Notes under the pieces: model-generated
The model's input: the letters and a program-made list of their open reading frames with translations, nothing else
The model's database searches: none
Told to the model about the DNA's origin: nothing
From: Octopus bimaculoides
Lineage: Eukaryota
DNA length: 62,208 bases
Assembly (NCBI RefSeq): GCF_001194135.2
Contig: NC_068990.1
Location: 46,569,739-46,631,946 of the forward strand
Reading direction: 5' to 3'
Shown: positions 13,184 to 26,443 of the stretch, in pieces
Numbering within the stretch: position 1 is the stretch's first letter
Layout: each line of letters begins with the position of its first letter
Made by a program: the position numbers and the translations under genes

Positions 13184-14261
13184 GTGTTGTGTTGTGTTGT
13201 GTTGTGTTTTGTGTTGTCTTTGTGTTATGTCCACCCTAGCCGCTTGATAACATGTAATCTAGCAGGTTCCGAAAAGAAACTGATAAAATAAGTACCGGAC
13301 TTTAAAAATGGGTACTGGTGTCAATCCGTTTGATTAAAACCCTTCAAAGCGATGCCCCAGCATGGCCTTAGTCTAATGACTGGAACACCTAAGAGATAAA
13401 AGGTAAGATAGGAGACTCTTGTACGTGGAGATACCTAAAAAGCGACACACGCTACATGGGTTATCATAAGAAATTGTGGATAGAAAACCACTATGCAAGT
13501 TGGCGTCTGTTTGATTAAAATAATCTGGTGACGACTGTGAAACACCATTCAGTGTAACGAGATGTTTACCTACAAAAGTTTGAGAACCATTGACATAGAA
13601 ACTCTTTCGTTTTCTCAAATAAATATTACACCAGTAATTCATCGGGATCGAATAGCCTGACAAAACCCTCTCCACTTCCTGTACTTTATCAATGTAAAAA
13701 CTACGTGAGTTTAAAGAATTTTGGGTGGCAATGATCTGAATAATTAGTACTGTACATTACTCCTATTTCTTTCTGGATCACTAAGATCATTGGGGCGGCA
13801 ATAGGTGGGGATTATCTCAGAGACTCCAGTTATTGGGTGATGAGTGACAGATCACTTTTACAGCTGCAAAGGCTTGAACTTGACACTTCAAATCAATATA
13901 TTACTGGTCAATTTAACATCAGCACAGTCGCTGCTTACTTAGGTAGGTGGGGGTAGGGCGATCTGTTAAAACGAAGAGCTAGCGATAGTGAATGAATCGG
14001 TGACCTCTTCGCTGGCTGTCCGCTACCCTATCAATTCAACCATCCACATTCTCATTATTCTAATGGACATAAATAACGGATAATAGTTATAAGATAATCT
14101 TTGTTATGAAGGGCAACACCCTAATAAGTGTTAGAGGATGATTTTCACGAAGAGATTAATTAATAAGGGATCGAGAAAGCGATTGATAGTGACACGTTTC
14201 AACCAGTCATAGCTGCTTTACTCTGATGGAGAATAATAAATAACATTATTCGCAACAACAT

Positions 14262-14640
14262 ATTGGTTTCAAATTTTGGCACAAAGTCAATTAAATCGAC
14301 TCCAATGCTCAACTGGCACTTATCTTAATACCCCGAAAGGATTAATGGCGAAATCGAACCCGGCGGAATTTGAACCCAAAACGGACGAAATGCTGGTATG
14401 CATTTTGCCCGGCATGCTAACGATTCTTTTCTACTTTAGGCACAAGGCCCGAAATTTTGGGGGAGGGGGCCAGTCGATAAGATCGACCCCAGTACGCAAC
14501 TGGTACTTAATTATCGACCCCGAAAGGTTGAAAGGCAAAGTGGACGTCGGCAGAATTTGAACTCAGAACGTAAAGACAGACAAAATACCACTAAGCATTT
14601 CGCCCGGCGTGCTAATACTTCGGCCAGCTCGCCGCCTTTC
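14262..14640 (-). mobile_element. Two tandem SINE family A copies
   Basis: Two reverse-complement head/core/tail sets. Further family A copies at ~18750-18990(-), 20130-20270(+), 22920-23080(-), 31190-31470(-), 49060-49150(-), 50365-50740(+). Confidence 0.8.
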
Positions 14641-16133
14641 CCAGTGATAATATATTAAGCCTAGTGGCGCTGAATGTAGTATTTATATTAGAATTATATG
14701 CTTAATGAAGAGAAAGAAATTACTTCTAAATTACTAATTCTAGTTAAAAAGAGTAAGGAAGACAACTCCTGGAATTAATCTGATCAGTTCGGTAGTACGG
14801 TGATAACTCTGAACATGTTTTATTTAATCCTGTAAAATGTACATTAAACATTTTCAACCAATATTTAATTACAGTTTAAAATATTGACCACTTTGAACTA
14901 AAAGCAAATATTAATTCACATTCTCCTGAAAATAATTAGTTCCAGAGGCACTGTAAGTCACTAAATTATTCCCTTACAGAGTCACCATTATCTTCTGTTT
15001 ATTATACATCAGAGCGCAACAGAACACCAATGATAATGTTCTCTCAATCTTGTTTACTACCCTTTAGGTTAGAATGTAGTGCCAATAACAGTATATAATT
15101 CACAAAGCTACACCCGAGATGCCGATTCCTTAACAGCTCTATAATCATGATTCAGTATCTTCAAAAAGATAATATCGATTGCCAATGAGAAGAAATAACA
15201 AAATCGACCGCCATGTTCCATAAATTTTACTTCATCACGGATGTTGATCGAGCTGCTTAATAAGGTATGTCTCTAACGATCAACCTCCGCCAATGGATCA
15301 CACTTCAAATATTGATTTTGAAAACATTTAAAACTGTTTTATCTTTTAATCAGTCCATAAAATGTTTATTAATTTCAACCAAAGGAAAACATAAATTTTT
15401 ACATAACCATCATTTATCTGTATGAATCATAGTCATTATGATCACTCACGAATCACAGTTTACTCAGTTCACAAATTGTTTTCTAAGATTTAGTTATGGC
15501 TTGTTGAAGTATTGAAGTATTGGCTTTAAGTATTGCAGAGGTATTCGTTTGGAATCCTGGGAAAACTACGTTTAACAAAATTTTCATGTTCTGCTTTTTT
15601 GTGGAAAAATAGTTTGCGAATATGTAGCATGCTTCGTATTAGCTATCAGCTAATACGATGCATCTTACATATTCGAAAAGGATTAAGAATCCTAGAAATT
15701 ACTCCGAGTTCAAACATGTTAGAAAAACATTTTCCTCCTATGATAGAAACATCAATTTACCGGAGAATTTTTTTTATAAAGGTAGCTATCCAAACTGGAG
15801 GGGTGGGGAGTAAAATTATTGAACCGGATGCCATGTGGTGTTTGTTCTCGCTCGCTGTGTTATGAATTAAATTCTATATAGAAGCCTAAAAGGGACTACC
15901 CCCAACCTTCAGGCCTAATGTGTAAGACAAATCCTCAAAAAAGCTAACACCAGATGGGTAGTTATGGGCAAAGTCGAGAAAGGAGTTCCTGTAGCTTGAG
16001 TGATATGTACCTTAGTGAATGACAGCACTTATTAGTGACCTTAGTTCGTAAAAACAAAATATCTATTTTAAGCTACTGAGAGCGAAGTGTCTTTGTTTCA
16101 ATACATAAGACCCACTTATGGTGGTCAAGTCAA

Positions 16134-16152
16134 TGAGTCATTCATTGACTCA
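16134..16152. promoter_or_regulatory. Inverted AP-1 doublet TGAGTCA-N5-TGACTCA
   Basis: Direct reading in unique sequence; motif match only. Confidence 0.3.
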
Positions 16153-19100
16153 CAATGCTGAATTAAATTCTTGTTACAAGAATAGCTACATACAAAAGAT
16201 CAACATTCTGTCCAGGGAAGATTTATTTCTAATCATCTTTATACCATATCAACAGAGGCTGAACATCAGTTCTATGATTCCTTCGGATTCGAAAATGATT
16301 AACTTTTGAAGAATTATGCTTTAGAGTGCTGCACTGCTTTAGTGACAGAGTACGAGTTGTTGACCATTGACCAGCTCGACATAGACCAATCGAGGTCTAG
16401 CTGGTCAGCTTCAAGCCTCATATGTGCAGAATTTACAAATGTATTTATCGTTAAAATATATCTGCAAATTATTTCAGAAATTAAATATTGATATTCTTTA
16501 ATATATGGTTATATCAACCTGATTTTATTACTGGAATCCACTTAATTAATCACAGAGTATTACATGGTGTTCTATCGTCCTTATGTCTACACCAGTTCAA
16601 TCTCAACTGCTTTTTGAAACCGAAACTAGTAGGACCAGAACCCCAGAAAAGCGTGCTTCGAATGAACGCTAAAAACTATAAATCAAGCAATTTAGTTTTT
16701 TACAGTCTGCACTGGATCCAGCAGTATAATATATCGTGGGAAAATAAACAGTATACGTGATCTTAAAATTGCATGAACAGCTAAGGACTGAGAACGATAT
16801 TAAAACATAATTAGGGAACATCAAATTATATTTAGGGAAATTCGTGATGTTCTACTATTTTTTTCGTGTTAGCTCAAATTGAAACTTCTTCAGTTACACG
16901 GAATGTAAACGCCAAATCTGAATGTGATTTTGGCGAGCATCGCCCACCCATTTTCACTATAGCTGCATTCTTTTATGCAATTATCTTCATCATAGCAACA
17001 TCTCTACCGCAATTACAGAAAAAAGAAAAAAGAATGTAGTTGCAAAGGCAAAAAACAGCAAGCTCTGTCTGATACATTCTCGAATAATAAGTAATCAAGA
17101 TTATTACAGCAACATCTCTGATCAATATCATATCACTAGAATCAGAACCAACAGCAGCATTACCAGAAACATTGGTATCATCACCAGAATCCCTGACATG
17201 TGGTTAATGTTTTATCTACAAGATATTCCCCCCATACAGGTACACATCATACAACCATATGCCAGGCGTACACCAGATGTCTGTCTGCCTGTCTCTCTCT
17301 CTCTTTATATATATATATATGTATATATATGTGTGTGTGTGAGTGTGTGTGTGTATGCATACATGTGTACGTATGTAAGCATACATGCACACACACGCGC
17401 GCACACACACACATATACTTGCATACATAGTTACAGATATTACTTAGACTCTAAATGCGTGTATTTTGATATATACGTACACGAGTGTGTGTGTATGCGC
17501 GCGCGTGCGTATGCGTGTGTGTGCACATACGTAAACACAACTGTAGACGAGTGATTAAACATTTCCCTTAACAATCATGATATCCCGAGTTCGATCTCAC
17601 TGCGTGGCAAAACGGTGTAAAAGCCCGTCAGATTAACTGTACTTGTAATTCAAAGATCCATCACTGGTGAAGACTTAAGCGAAGAACCAGTAATCACTTC
17701 TCACAGAATTTTCAAACAACGGACGAATGGCAGATGTACAGAGCAGCACGAAACGAAAATAAAGAAATGATACTCTTTGATCCTATACCTGCTGTTCAGG
17801 TAAATGATGACATCAGTTGTTATGGTAACGGGAACACCTGAGTATATCCTGATTTCTCGATTATTATATTTAAGCCCACACACTACTTCAAGTGCTGAAG
17901 ACTATGTTATATTACTATTTATAGCTAGAATAGCACACCACAAGGGTATCTAGGTGCGTTGAGGATTAAAACAAAGAAAAAAATATCAAGTTTAAGGCTT
18001 TTGAAAATCCATACTAATGCTTAAGCATCTTAAAAATCGTATTAATAATTCTTTTTATTATGCGTAAATATAATGAATAAAACAAGCTAAACAATATTTT
18101 TTATATATATCTTTTAAAATTTTGAATTCTAAAACTGTGGGTTTAAAAAAAATTTCCTAGCAAAGTGTATTAGTAATTTATAAATTTGATCTCCACTTTT
18201 CTACGAAGTAAAAAATTATTGAGAACTCATTAACCAAGAGTAATTCAGCATGTTCAGTAATTCAGCTGAATTACTGTGTTATGTCAAATGTGTTAAACGA
18301 AACTCTCGTGAATTTCACAATGTGTCCGCTCCGTAAAACAGACTTGTATACCGATACCATAGTAATTTATCACTTAAATCGCTGCGACATTTCGATTCTC
18401 CCTAAAACAGCACCCGGTTTAATTCCAGAACCTTTGGCGAGTCCACTCTATTGCAGACAGATCAATTTGCCCAATTCCTTTCATATCCGCGTTTTCTCTT
18501 CTGAAATTATAATACAGATATTCATTCAAATTGGGCATTATGACGACGACAGAATTACAACTTCTGAAGCTTCCGTTTGTATTAACTGACACTGACTTTA
18601 TAATAACCCTGTTCTACATGATTATCTTTTTTAGTCAGGAGGAAAGGTAGTATCTATTTACAGGGTCTGTCAAACTGATAGGAGTGAAAGAGGAAGATAT
18701 CTAAGGCATGCAACCGACGCTTAAAGTATCAGATAGTTGTCTTAAATCGGGCGACGGATTAAGTTTAGCACTCAAGCAAGCCACGGTGTGATTTGAACTC
18801 AGAATGCAAAGAGCCGAAAGAGTTATTGCATGACGTCCTTACTGTTTCACCAACCCCATCTTCCTGGGTTGCTAACCTTTTTTTATCGACCCCGAAAGGA
18901 TAAAAGGCAAACCTAATCTTGGCAGGATTTTGAATACAGACTGCTGCGTGTAAGGACAAATATTACGGGACATTCTAACTGACGCTTAAACGATTCCGCC
19001 TATCCATAACGCGATGTATTCGTTGTTTATTTTCAAAGCTGATAATAGACATTCAGAAATAAAAAATTAAGTCAAGTCGAAGTGATTTATGTTCAGAAAT

Positions 19101-19574
19101 AACCTAACGTATGTATGTTTATTTCTGAATAATATTTATGCCACTGTACTTATGTTCACCACGATAACATATTTCACACCATGACAAGGGTAACCACAAT
19201 ATGTCACTGAATGTCTGCGTACACATAGACACATTCACATAAATGCGCCTGCATACGTACACACACACATACGTATTGCTTTCAGATCAACAAAAATCGC
19301 TAAACAAATATATTTCTAATGGCTGACATCATTAGTGTTTTACGTATTATACTTGATTGCAGCCGGATGTTGCCAATATCCTCTACTGATTAACAGGAAG
19401 AACGAATAAAGATGATATTCTTCACGGCCTCGTTTAGGTGGCTGACGTATATAATAAAACAAACATTGTAAGATTATTAGTGTAATGGTTTGAATAGATA
19501 ATCACAGAATTGCAGGAGAATTGTGGTGAGGAGAGTGAACGGGGTTTTAGAAGAAAGAAAAAACGAAGAAAAGA

Positions 19575-19806
<232 letters not shown>

Positions 19807-20843
19807 AATAAAGAAATATGGTGAATGTGAGATAGGGGAAGAGATGTTCTGTTCAATCAGAGCCCAATCAAGGATGAAAAGCGCTCTCGCCACGACTATT
19901 CCATCTATTTCCAGGCGAAATGCGTCTAAGACTACATTATCCCATGTATCAAGAGGGTGGCATGTCATTTTAAAGACATTCGACTGCTATTTATTATAAC
20001 TCAAATTGAGTGATTGGACAGAGAGGCTTCCATGGTGGTTTTGTCCCTATAGAGTTGTTAACCTGTGTATCAATAATATACTGAGATCGATTTATTGAAG
20101 AAACCAACTCTACTGGTATTGTGAAATTTATAAATTGGGTTCAAATTCTGTCGTGGTCGACTTTTCCTTTCGTCGATAAAATAAGTACCAGTTGAACATC
20201 GGCGATGATATAATCAGCTTAACTTCTCCCTTTAAACTGTTGTCCTGGTGGCAAAATTTGAAACAATTATGATATACATAAATAAACGAATATGAAATAA
20301 TAAGAAATAAATAGTAAACATGATGGTCTCTGACTAAGTTTGCGATAGGGTTTCTTGCATTTAATCTCTGTGATCAAAAGAGGATATCCAAGCAATTTAC
20401 AACAAAAATCTACTTCTAGGACAAAAGTGTTTAAAATTAAAAAAATAATAATTAATGACTACATCAAGGGAAATAACTCCAAATAAAATCAAAGGATTGA
20501 AATTTAGAACAACATCAGACAATGTAGATTGGAGTGGATTTGACTAAAAGAACTTTGTTGCTGTTACTGCTGCTGCAGCTCAGCCTATTGGCTTGAAAAG
20601 AAAAATGAGTGGTGGTGGGAGATACATTTAATAAATGTATATGAGATTGCGGAGAAAATTACGTACTTTATGTGCGTGTGTATGTGTGTGTGTGTGTGTG
20701 TTTACACATATGCTCTACACATAACATTATATTTTTCAAGTAGAAGACTGCTTCGGATATTTTCCAACGTTATTATTTTAATAATCAGCGACGTATTTTT
20801 GGCACCAAGACTTTATTCTTTCCAAATAATTCAATAATCTGGC

Positions 20844-20916
20844 AGTTATGGGTTGGCTATGCTCCGCTGAAGAAGTCTAATAACACTGAAAAATTCCGTA
20901 AGTTATCCCCATAACT
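20844..20916 (+). ncRNA. Decayed hammerhead-ribozyme-like motif
   Basis: CTGAAGA 20867-73, AGT..ACT stem II, GAAA 20888-91, flanked by 9-bp inverted repeat AGTTATGGG/CCCATAACT. Stems I and III are degenerate. Confidence 0.35.
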
Positions 20917-21224
20917 ACCAAAGATTAGACTAAATTCCACTGCATATCTCTAATTTTCATTGAATTGAAATTTTGAGTGTTTCTTTCGAGAAAAATTTTG
21001 ATCAACAACAATGAATTTCCTTTGCATGGCGGCTATAATTTCAAATAAATAGATATTTTCTCGTCACTACATTGACGATATTCTACACTTTAGTGTACAT
21101 TTATCATACAAAAGGCATTTTTCAGTTTTAAATATGAGCAGAAGCAGAAATAGAGGAATCTCTGTAAACGTGACGGACTTCAATGCGGTCTAACTAATTA
21201 GTAAATGATTTTGACAGCGATGTC

Positions 21225-21600
21225 GATAAAATCTTATTAGGGAAAGTTCAGAAAGCTTTGAAATCATAAAAAGTAATAAAGCTGTATGAACAGAAGAAAT
21301 CCCAGTGAGCTTGTTAAATCTGCAAATGGAAACTCTGAAAACAGCACTACTTAACCCATGCAATACGATCTAACCTAATGAGAAAATACCAGAAGAGAGA
21401 TCATTTGAACCTGCCAAAAATATTTGATTTTAGTGATTCTTCAAACAAGAGAGCGAAATCTCTCTCCTTGTGGTGTCTAACAAGCTGCTTTCAGTGATTG
21501 TGTTAAAGAGGGTGGGGAAGGCAAATGACATGATTTAAAAGATCGAAAACCCGGATTTCGTTGGGAAAGATCACATATTGATATTGTATTACACGATGCA
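21225..21600 (+). mobile_element. RTE-clade LINE fossil (N-terminal RT region)
   Basis: Across frameshifts and stops: KVQKALKS/KSNKAV*TEEIPVSLL...NTI*PNEKIPEE/LPKIFDFSDSSNKRA/ISLLVVSNKLLSVIVLKRV/GFRWERSHID, colinear with LINE motifs KNNKAxGxDxIPxELL, LPKKGDLSxCxNxRGISLL, GFRxxRSCID. Confidence 0.72.
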
Positions 21601-21854
21601 TAATTAAAAGGAAATATCAAATATAGGTGGAGGCGGGACCGTGTGGTTAAAAAGCTCGCTTTGCAACCACAGCGTTTCGCCGTTCAGTTTCAGTGTGCGG
21701 CTCGTTGAGCAAGCGCCTTCTACTATAACCCAGACCAGCCAATGCCCCACGAGTGAATTTGTTTGACAGGAAATGAGGAAGCTCCTCTCTGTCTGTCTCT
21801 CTCTTTCTGTCTTTCACACACACACACAAATACACACACAAATACATACATACA

Positions 21855-21885
<31 letters not shown>

Positions 21886-22315
21886 GTATATATGCTGGAA
21901 ATTAATGTTATTTTAATATTTATATTTTCAGGCATATTTTTTCACTGATCTTGGTTCTGATTATCACTGGGGCTATCAGCCGAGTAAGCAAGCAGAGATG
22001 TAGTGAATATTTTAAAATTTGGTCGTCCAGGGTAGACCCAACTGAAGATAACCAATCGGATTAGCGCTCATGCACGTGATCTGAAGAATTTTAAACTGCA
22101 ATATTGAATTATCCTTTATTCCGCTAACGGTCTCTGCAGAGATAAGTTTTCCTATATTCACCATCCGCACACATTTCTGCTTGTAAATATTTTAGTGAAG
22201 CTCTACATAGCGCCGTAAACTTACTGGCTGCTATTTCTAGCAACGATCGTACTTCGTGCACACATATACATGCGCGCGCACGCACACACATGTTGTATAT
22301 CCATTAATGTTATGA

Positions 22316-22445
22316 CGCCTGAAGAAATGAATCAATGATTACGATCAACCAGATGCCCACGGATACTGTGGACTACACTGTAATCATCTCAGGAATACGG
22401 ACTGTGATCTTAAGAGTCATGTGATATGTGGAAACGCGCGTAGCG
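22316..22445 (+). ncRNA. Minimal type-I hammerhead-like motif with long structured stem II insert
   Basis: CGC|CTGAAGA(22319-25)...GAAA(22431-34), palindrome ACGCGCGT, GTA site (22440-42), GCG pairing with 5' CGC. Internal stems ATGATTAC/GTAATCAT and CCACGG/CTGTGG. Confidence 0.6.
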
Positions 22446-23892
22446 ACGTATTAAGTGTTTATTAATTCCGTCCAAGGATTATTGCTATTATTGCTTATAT
22501 ATATAAACACACACACACACATTATATATATATATATATATATACGTATGGACGTATACACATACAAACTCACACACACACACACATATATGTATGTATG
22601 CATGTATGTATATGTGTATGTATGTACACACACACACATACATATATATATACACTCGTACGTACATATATGGAAGGGCTATACTTAGTGCCAACAAAAT
22701 AGCCTTTATGATGTCTGCTACGTCTCTCAGTTAATAGATTTAAATTACCGCTCATAGACTTGCCTGCACCCTGTAGGTGTCTTTTCAGAATAAATAAGTT
22801 AGTTTATCTTAATCAGATACTATGCCTCGTTAGCACTAGTAAACAATGAAAGCGTGTGAAATGTTATAATCGATTGAATCCGCGACAGTATCTCACTATC
22901 ACATTTTCTGATATAGGGTTAAGGCCTAAAATCTGGGGAAGGGAGTTGACTGGTAGTTTATTTTATCGACCCCTGAGAGATGAAATGCAAAGTTAACCTC
23001 AGCGAAACGAACGTAATGAATCGGAAGAAATACCGCTTGGTAATTTTGCTTGACTGTTAATGATTCTGCCAGCTCGATGCTTTCTGCTAGCTTGATATAT
23101 CTTATTGATACTTATTTCAAGGATCTTGGCCACTAAAATGAAATGGACAACTGAAAAATGATATTCAAAATCAACTCAAGTGCATTTATGAGACAAAATA
23201 CGAAGCTAAATGTGAATCCAGCTTTGAGCAAGTCTTGTAAGTAAATGCTTTCTGAACGACATAGTTAAATGAAGTCTAGAATAGATTATAGTATAGAGTT
23301 ATTCTATTGTATTTGGCACTTACTACTTTTAACTCTTTTATCTTTAAAGGAAAGACACTTAAAATCTACAATGGCTTCCTTTCTGAATCATGGCGAAAGA
23401 AATGAAAAATAAAACACATTTCCACCCCGACCCCNNNNNNNNNNNNNNNNNNNNNNNNNNNNNNNNNNNNNNNNNNNNNNNNNNNNNNNNNNNNNNNNNN
23501 NNNNNNNNNNNNNNNNNNNNNNNNNNNNNNNNNNNNNNNNNNNNNNNNNNNNNNNNNNNNNNNNNNNNNNNNNNNNNNNNNNNNNNNNNNNNNNNNNNNN
23601 NNNNNNNNNNNNNNNNNNNNNNNNNNNNNNNNNNNNNNNNNNNNNNNNNNNNNNNNNNNNNNNNNNNNNNNNNNNNNNNNNNNNNNNNNNNNNNNNNNNN
23701 NNNNNNNNNNNNNNNNNNNNNNNNNNNNNNNNNNNNNNNNNNNNNNNNNNNNNNNNNNNNNNNNNNNNNNNNNNNNNNNNNNNNNNNNNNNNNNNNNNNN
23801 NNNNNNNNNNNNNNNNNNNNNNNNNNNNNNNNNNNNNNNNNNNNNNNNNNNNNNNNNNNNNNNNNNNNNNNNNNNNNNNNNNNNNNNNNNNN

Positions 23893-23928
<36 letters not shown>

Positions 23929-24505
23929 ATCGTATATCATATATCAATACATTCATATACGTGCATAGGCACACACACGAGTGCGCGCGTATATGCACAT
24001 ATACCTTGTAATTAAGTGCAGATATACCAGTTATTCACTAAGTACCCACATAAATTGAATCCTAGCAAAATAGACAAGTGTACATACATACGTACACGCA
24101 TACATGCACACGCTCAAATATACATAATACCTACCTACTTACCTACATACATACATACATAAATACATACATACATGGCTGTTAGGTAAAGAAGATCACT
24201 TTCCAAACACAGATTCGGATTCAGTCCTACTGCCCGGCCCCTTCGGCAAGTGTCTTCACTCACCTCCCACCCCACATCAGACCGACCAGTTCCTTGTGAG
24301 TGAATTTAGTTGACAGAAACTGTACGAAATCCCTTCGTATGTATGAGTGTGTGTGTGTGTATGTGGGTGTGTGTTCTCTATACACTTTTTCAATTTAAAC
24401 CCTTTATGAAGGAAGTTGGATATTGTTGAAGTAGATTGCTGCGATAAGTATTTATATTGGTGTTTATTGTTAATGGTGTAAAGAGATAATGATGTAAAGG
24501 TGATA

Positions 24506-24556
<51 letters not shown>

Positions 24557-24881
24557 NNNNNNNNNNNNNNNNNNNNNNNNNNNNNNNNNNNNNNNNNNNN
24601 NNNNNNNNNNNNNNNNNNNNNNNNNNNNNNNNNNNNNNNNNNNNNNNNNNNNNNNNNNNNNNNNNNNNNNNNNNNNNNNNNNNNNNNNNNNNNNNNNNNN
24701 NNNNNNNNNNNNNNNNNNNNNNNNNNNNNNNNNNNNNNNNNNNNNNNNNNNNNNNNNNNNNNNNNNNNNNNNNNNNNNNNNNNNNNNNNNNNNNNNNNNN
24801 NNNNNNNNNNNNNNNNNNNNNNNNNNNNNNNNNNNNNNNNNNNNNNNNNNNNNNNNNNNNNNNNNNNNNNNNNNNNNNNNN

Positions 24882-24939
<58 letters not shown>

Positions 24940-25002
24940 GAAAATACAAAATTTACCTCATTTATGAAGGGAGATAAATTCTATCATATATGTTGAAGGA
25001 AA

Positions 25003-25845
25003 TTACGTAAGAGCTGGGTAAACAACATTCTTTGTTTTCTGGTTTGGAGCATAGACAAATAAGTCTTGCAAACTACCAACCCAGAAGCAATCAACATAAA
25101 GTTGACCATGAGAAAAGCAAAGCTCAATAAAATGCAAGCCCGTAGATTTCAAAGTCTGGCCTTGAGCTCTATTAATAGACATTGCGAAGCAAAGTCGCAT
25201 TGGAAATTGTGTTCATTTGAATTCAAATGGCATATCTGTTGGTTTGATTGGAATTCTTGGAATGAAAACCTCTTCCCCAGAGGCACATCCAGTGATGAAG
25301 GTAGCTTCTATCACATTAGGTGATAATGTCTTCACAATCAACCTTCTCCCATTGCATAATTTAGGAGGATCTAAATTTCTTAGAAGCATTATTAGGACTC
25401 AAGTTGACACGTTCAGTACAATTGCAAAAAGGTTACGGAGTTTTCTTGGAGAATCTGACACTGATGATTCAGTCAATGCAAGGTCCTAATGCTCATCATT
25501 TTCTAAAAATCCTTGTTGATAGCATGCTTCCCTATAAGTTTCACACACATGATCATTTACCCTCCTCCAATCTTGGAATGATTTGAGACCACATACTTCA
25601 TATAAAAGGAGCTGTAAGTAGTAGCATTCTGCTTGTCTTGGGGAGGGGGGCATTATAAACTCTTGCAAGATCGTCAGCCCCACGTTTCATCTTGTGCCAT
25701 TTATTGTTCCTCAAGGTGTAATACTTGGGTAATTGTGGGTAAGGGAGTTTTCTTGCATCTTCATCTATTTGACACAAATTAAAAAAGGCAGTAAAGGTAG
25801 GTTCTTTTGGAGAACGTGCTTGTTGCAAGGTTGTTTGTTTTGCAA
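25003..25845 (-). mobile_element. Helitron RepHel fossil, internally deleted
   Basis: TFTAFFNLCQIDEDARKLPYPQLPKYY / ECYYLQLLL...SFQDWRRVNDHVCETYREACYQQGFLENDEH / SDSPRKLRNLFAIVL joined to IMLLRNLDPPKLCNGRRL...EVFIPRIP..TDMPFEFK*TQFPMRLCFAMSINRAQGQTL...FSHGQLYV (Pif1-like helicase C-terminus). Confidence 0.92.
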
Positions 25846-25897
25846 TACATACATGCATACATACATACATACATACATACATACATACATACATGTA

Positions 25898-26443
25898 CGA
25901 GGAGAAGTCAAAAATGATCTGCACTTTTTGGCATTACAGTGTAGGCATGGCCGCTCAACTAGCAATGGGCACCAAAGAAGAACAAAGAGCAGTTGTCCGA
26001 GAGATGGTAATGGTGAACGGGTTCACCATTACCATCTCTCCAGCTTACTGAATCTTCTCGTCAGTGGTGGGGGTTGACGGGCGTCCTGCTCTCTCTTCAT
26101 GCGTCACACATGTGCAGCCAATTTTAAACTTCTCGACCCACTCATACACACTTCTATGCGGCAGTGCACTGTCCCCGTATCGTGCTAAAAGCTTCCGATG
26201 AATTTCAGCAACTGACACACCTTCCGATGTTAGAAATCGGATCATTGCTCCCTGTTCTTCTTTGATGCACATTGCTAGTGGAGCGGCCATGCTTACACCA
26301 TAAAGCCAGAAAGAAAAATGGCGCGATAAGGCTCAAACTTCAATCACGTGTCCACAATAGTACCAACTATAAGCACTCACGCACAGAAGGCAGTGTGACA
26401 ATAATAAAGATACGTTAAGGCGAAAATGCGGATAATTTTTGAC
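25898..26443 (-). mobile_element. Mariner-derived fold-back non-autonomous element
   Basis: Minus-strand N-terminal HTH ORF MAAPLAMCIKEEQGAMIRFL...EIHRKL...YG...VYEWVEKFK.G....EERAGRPS (26290-26045). TA-preceded left TIR CGAGGAGAAGTCAAAAATGATCTGCA and right TIR core TGCGGATAATTTTTGAC (to 26443). No DDD domain. Confidence 0.88.

Noticed and set aside
13420-13685. Minus-strand 90-codon ORF as exon 2 of the candidate gene
   Set aside because: Phase 0 fits, but the pyrimidine tract is poor, the ORF runs into a SINE tail and the peptide is not recognisable.
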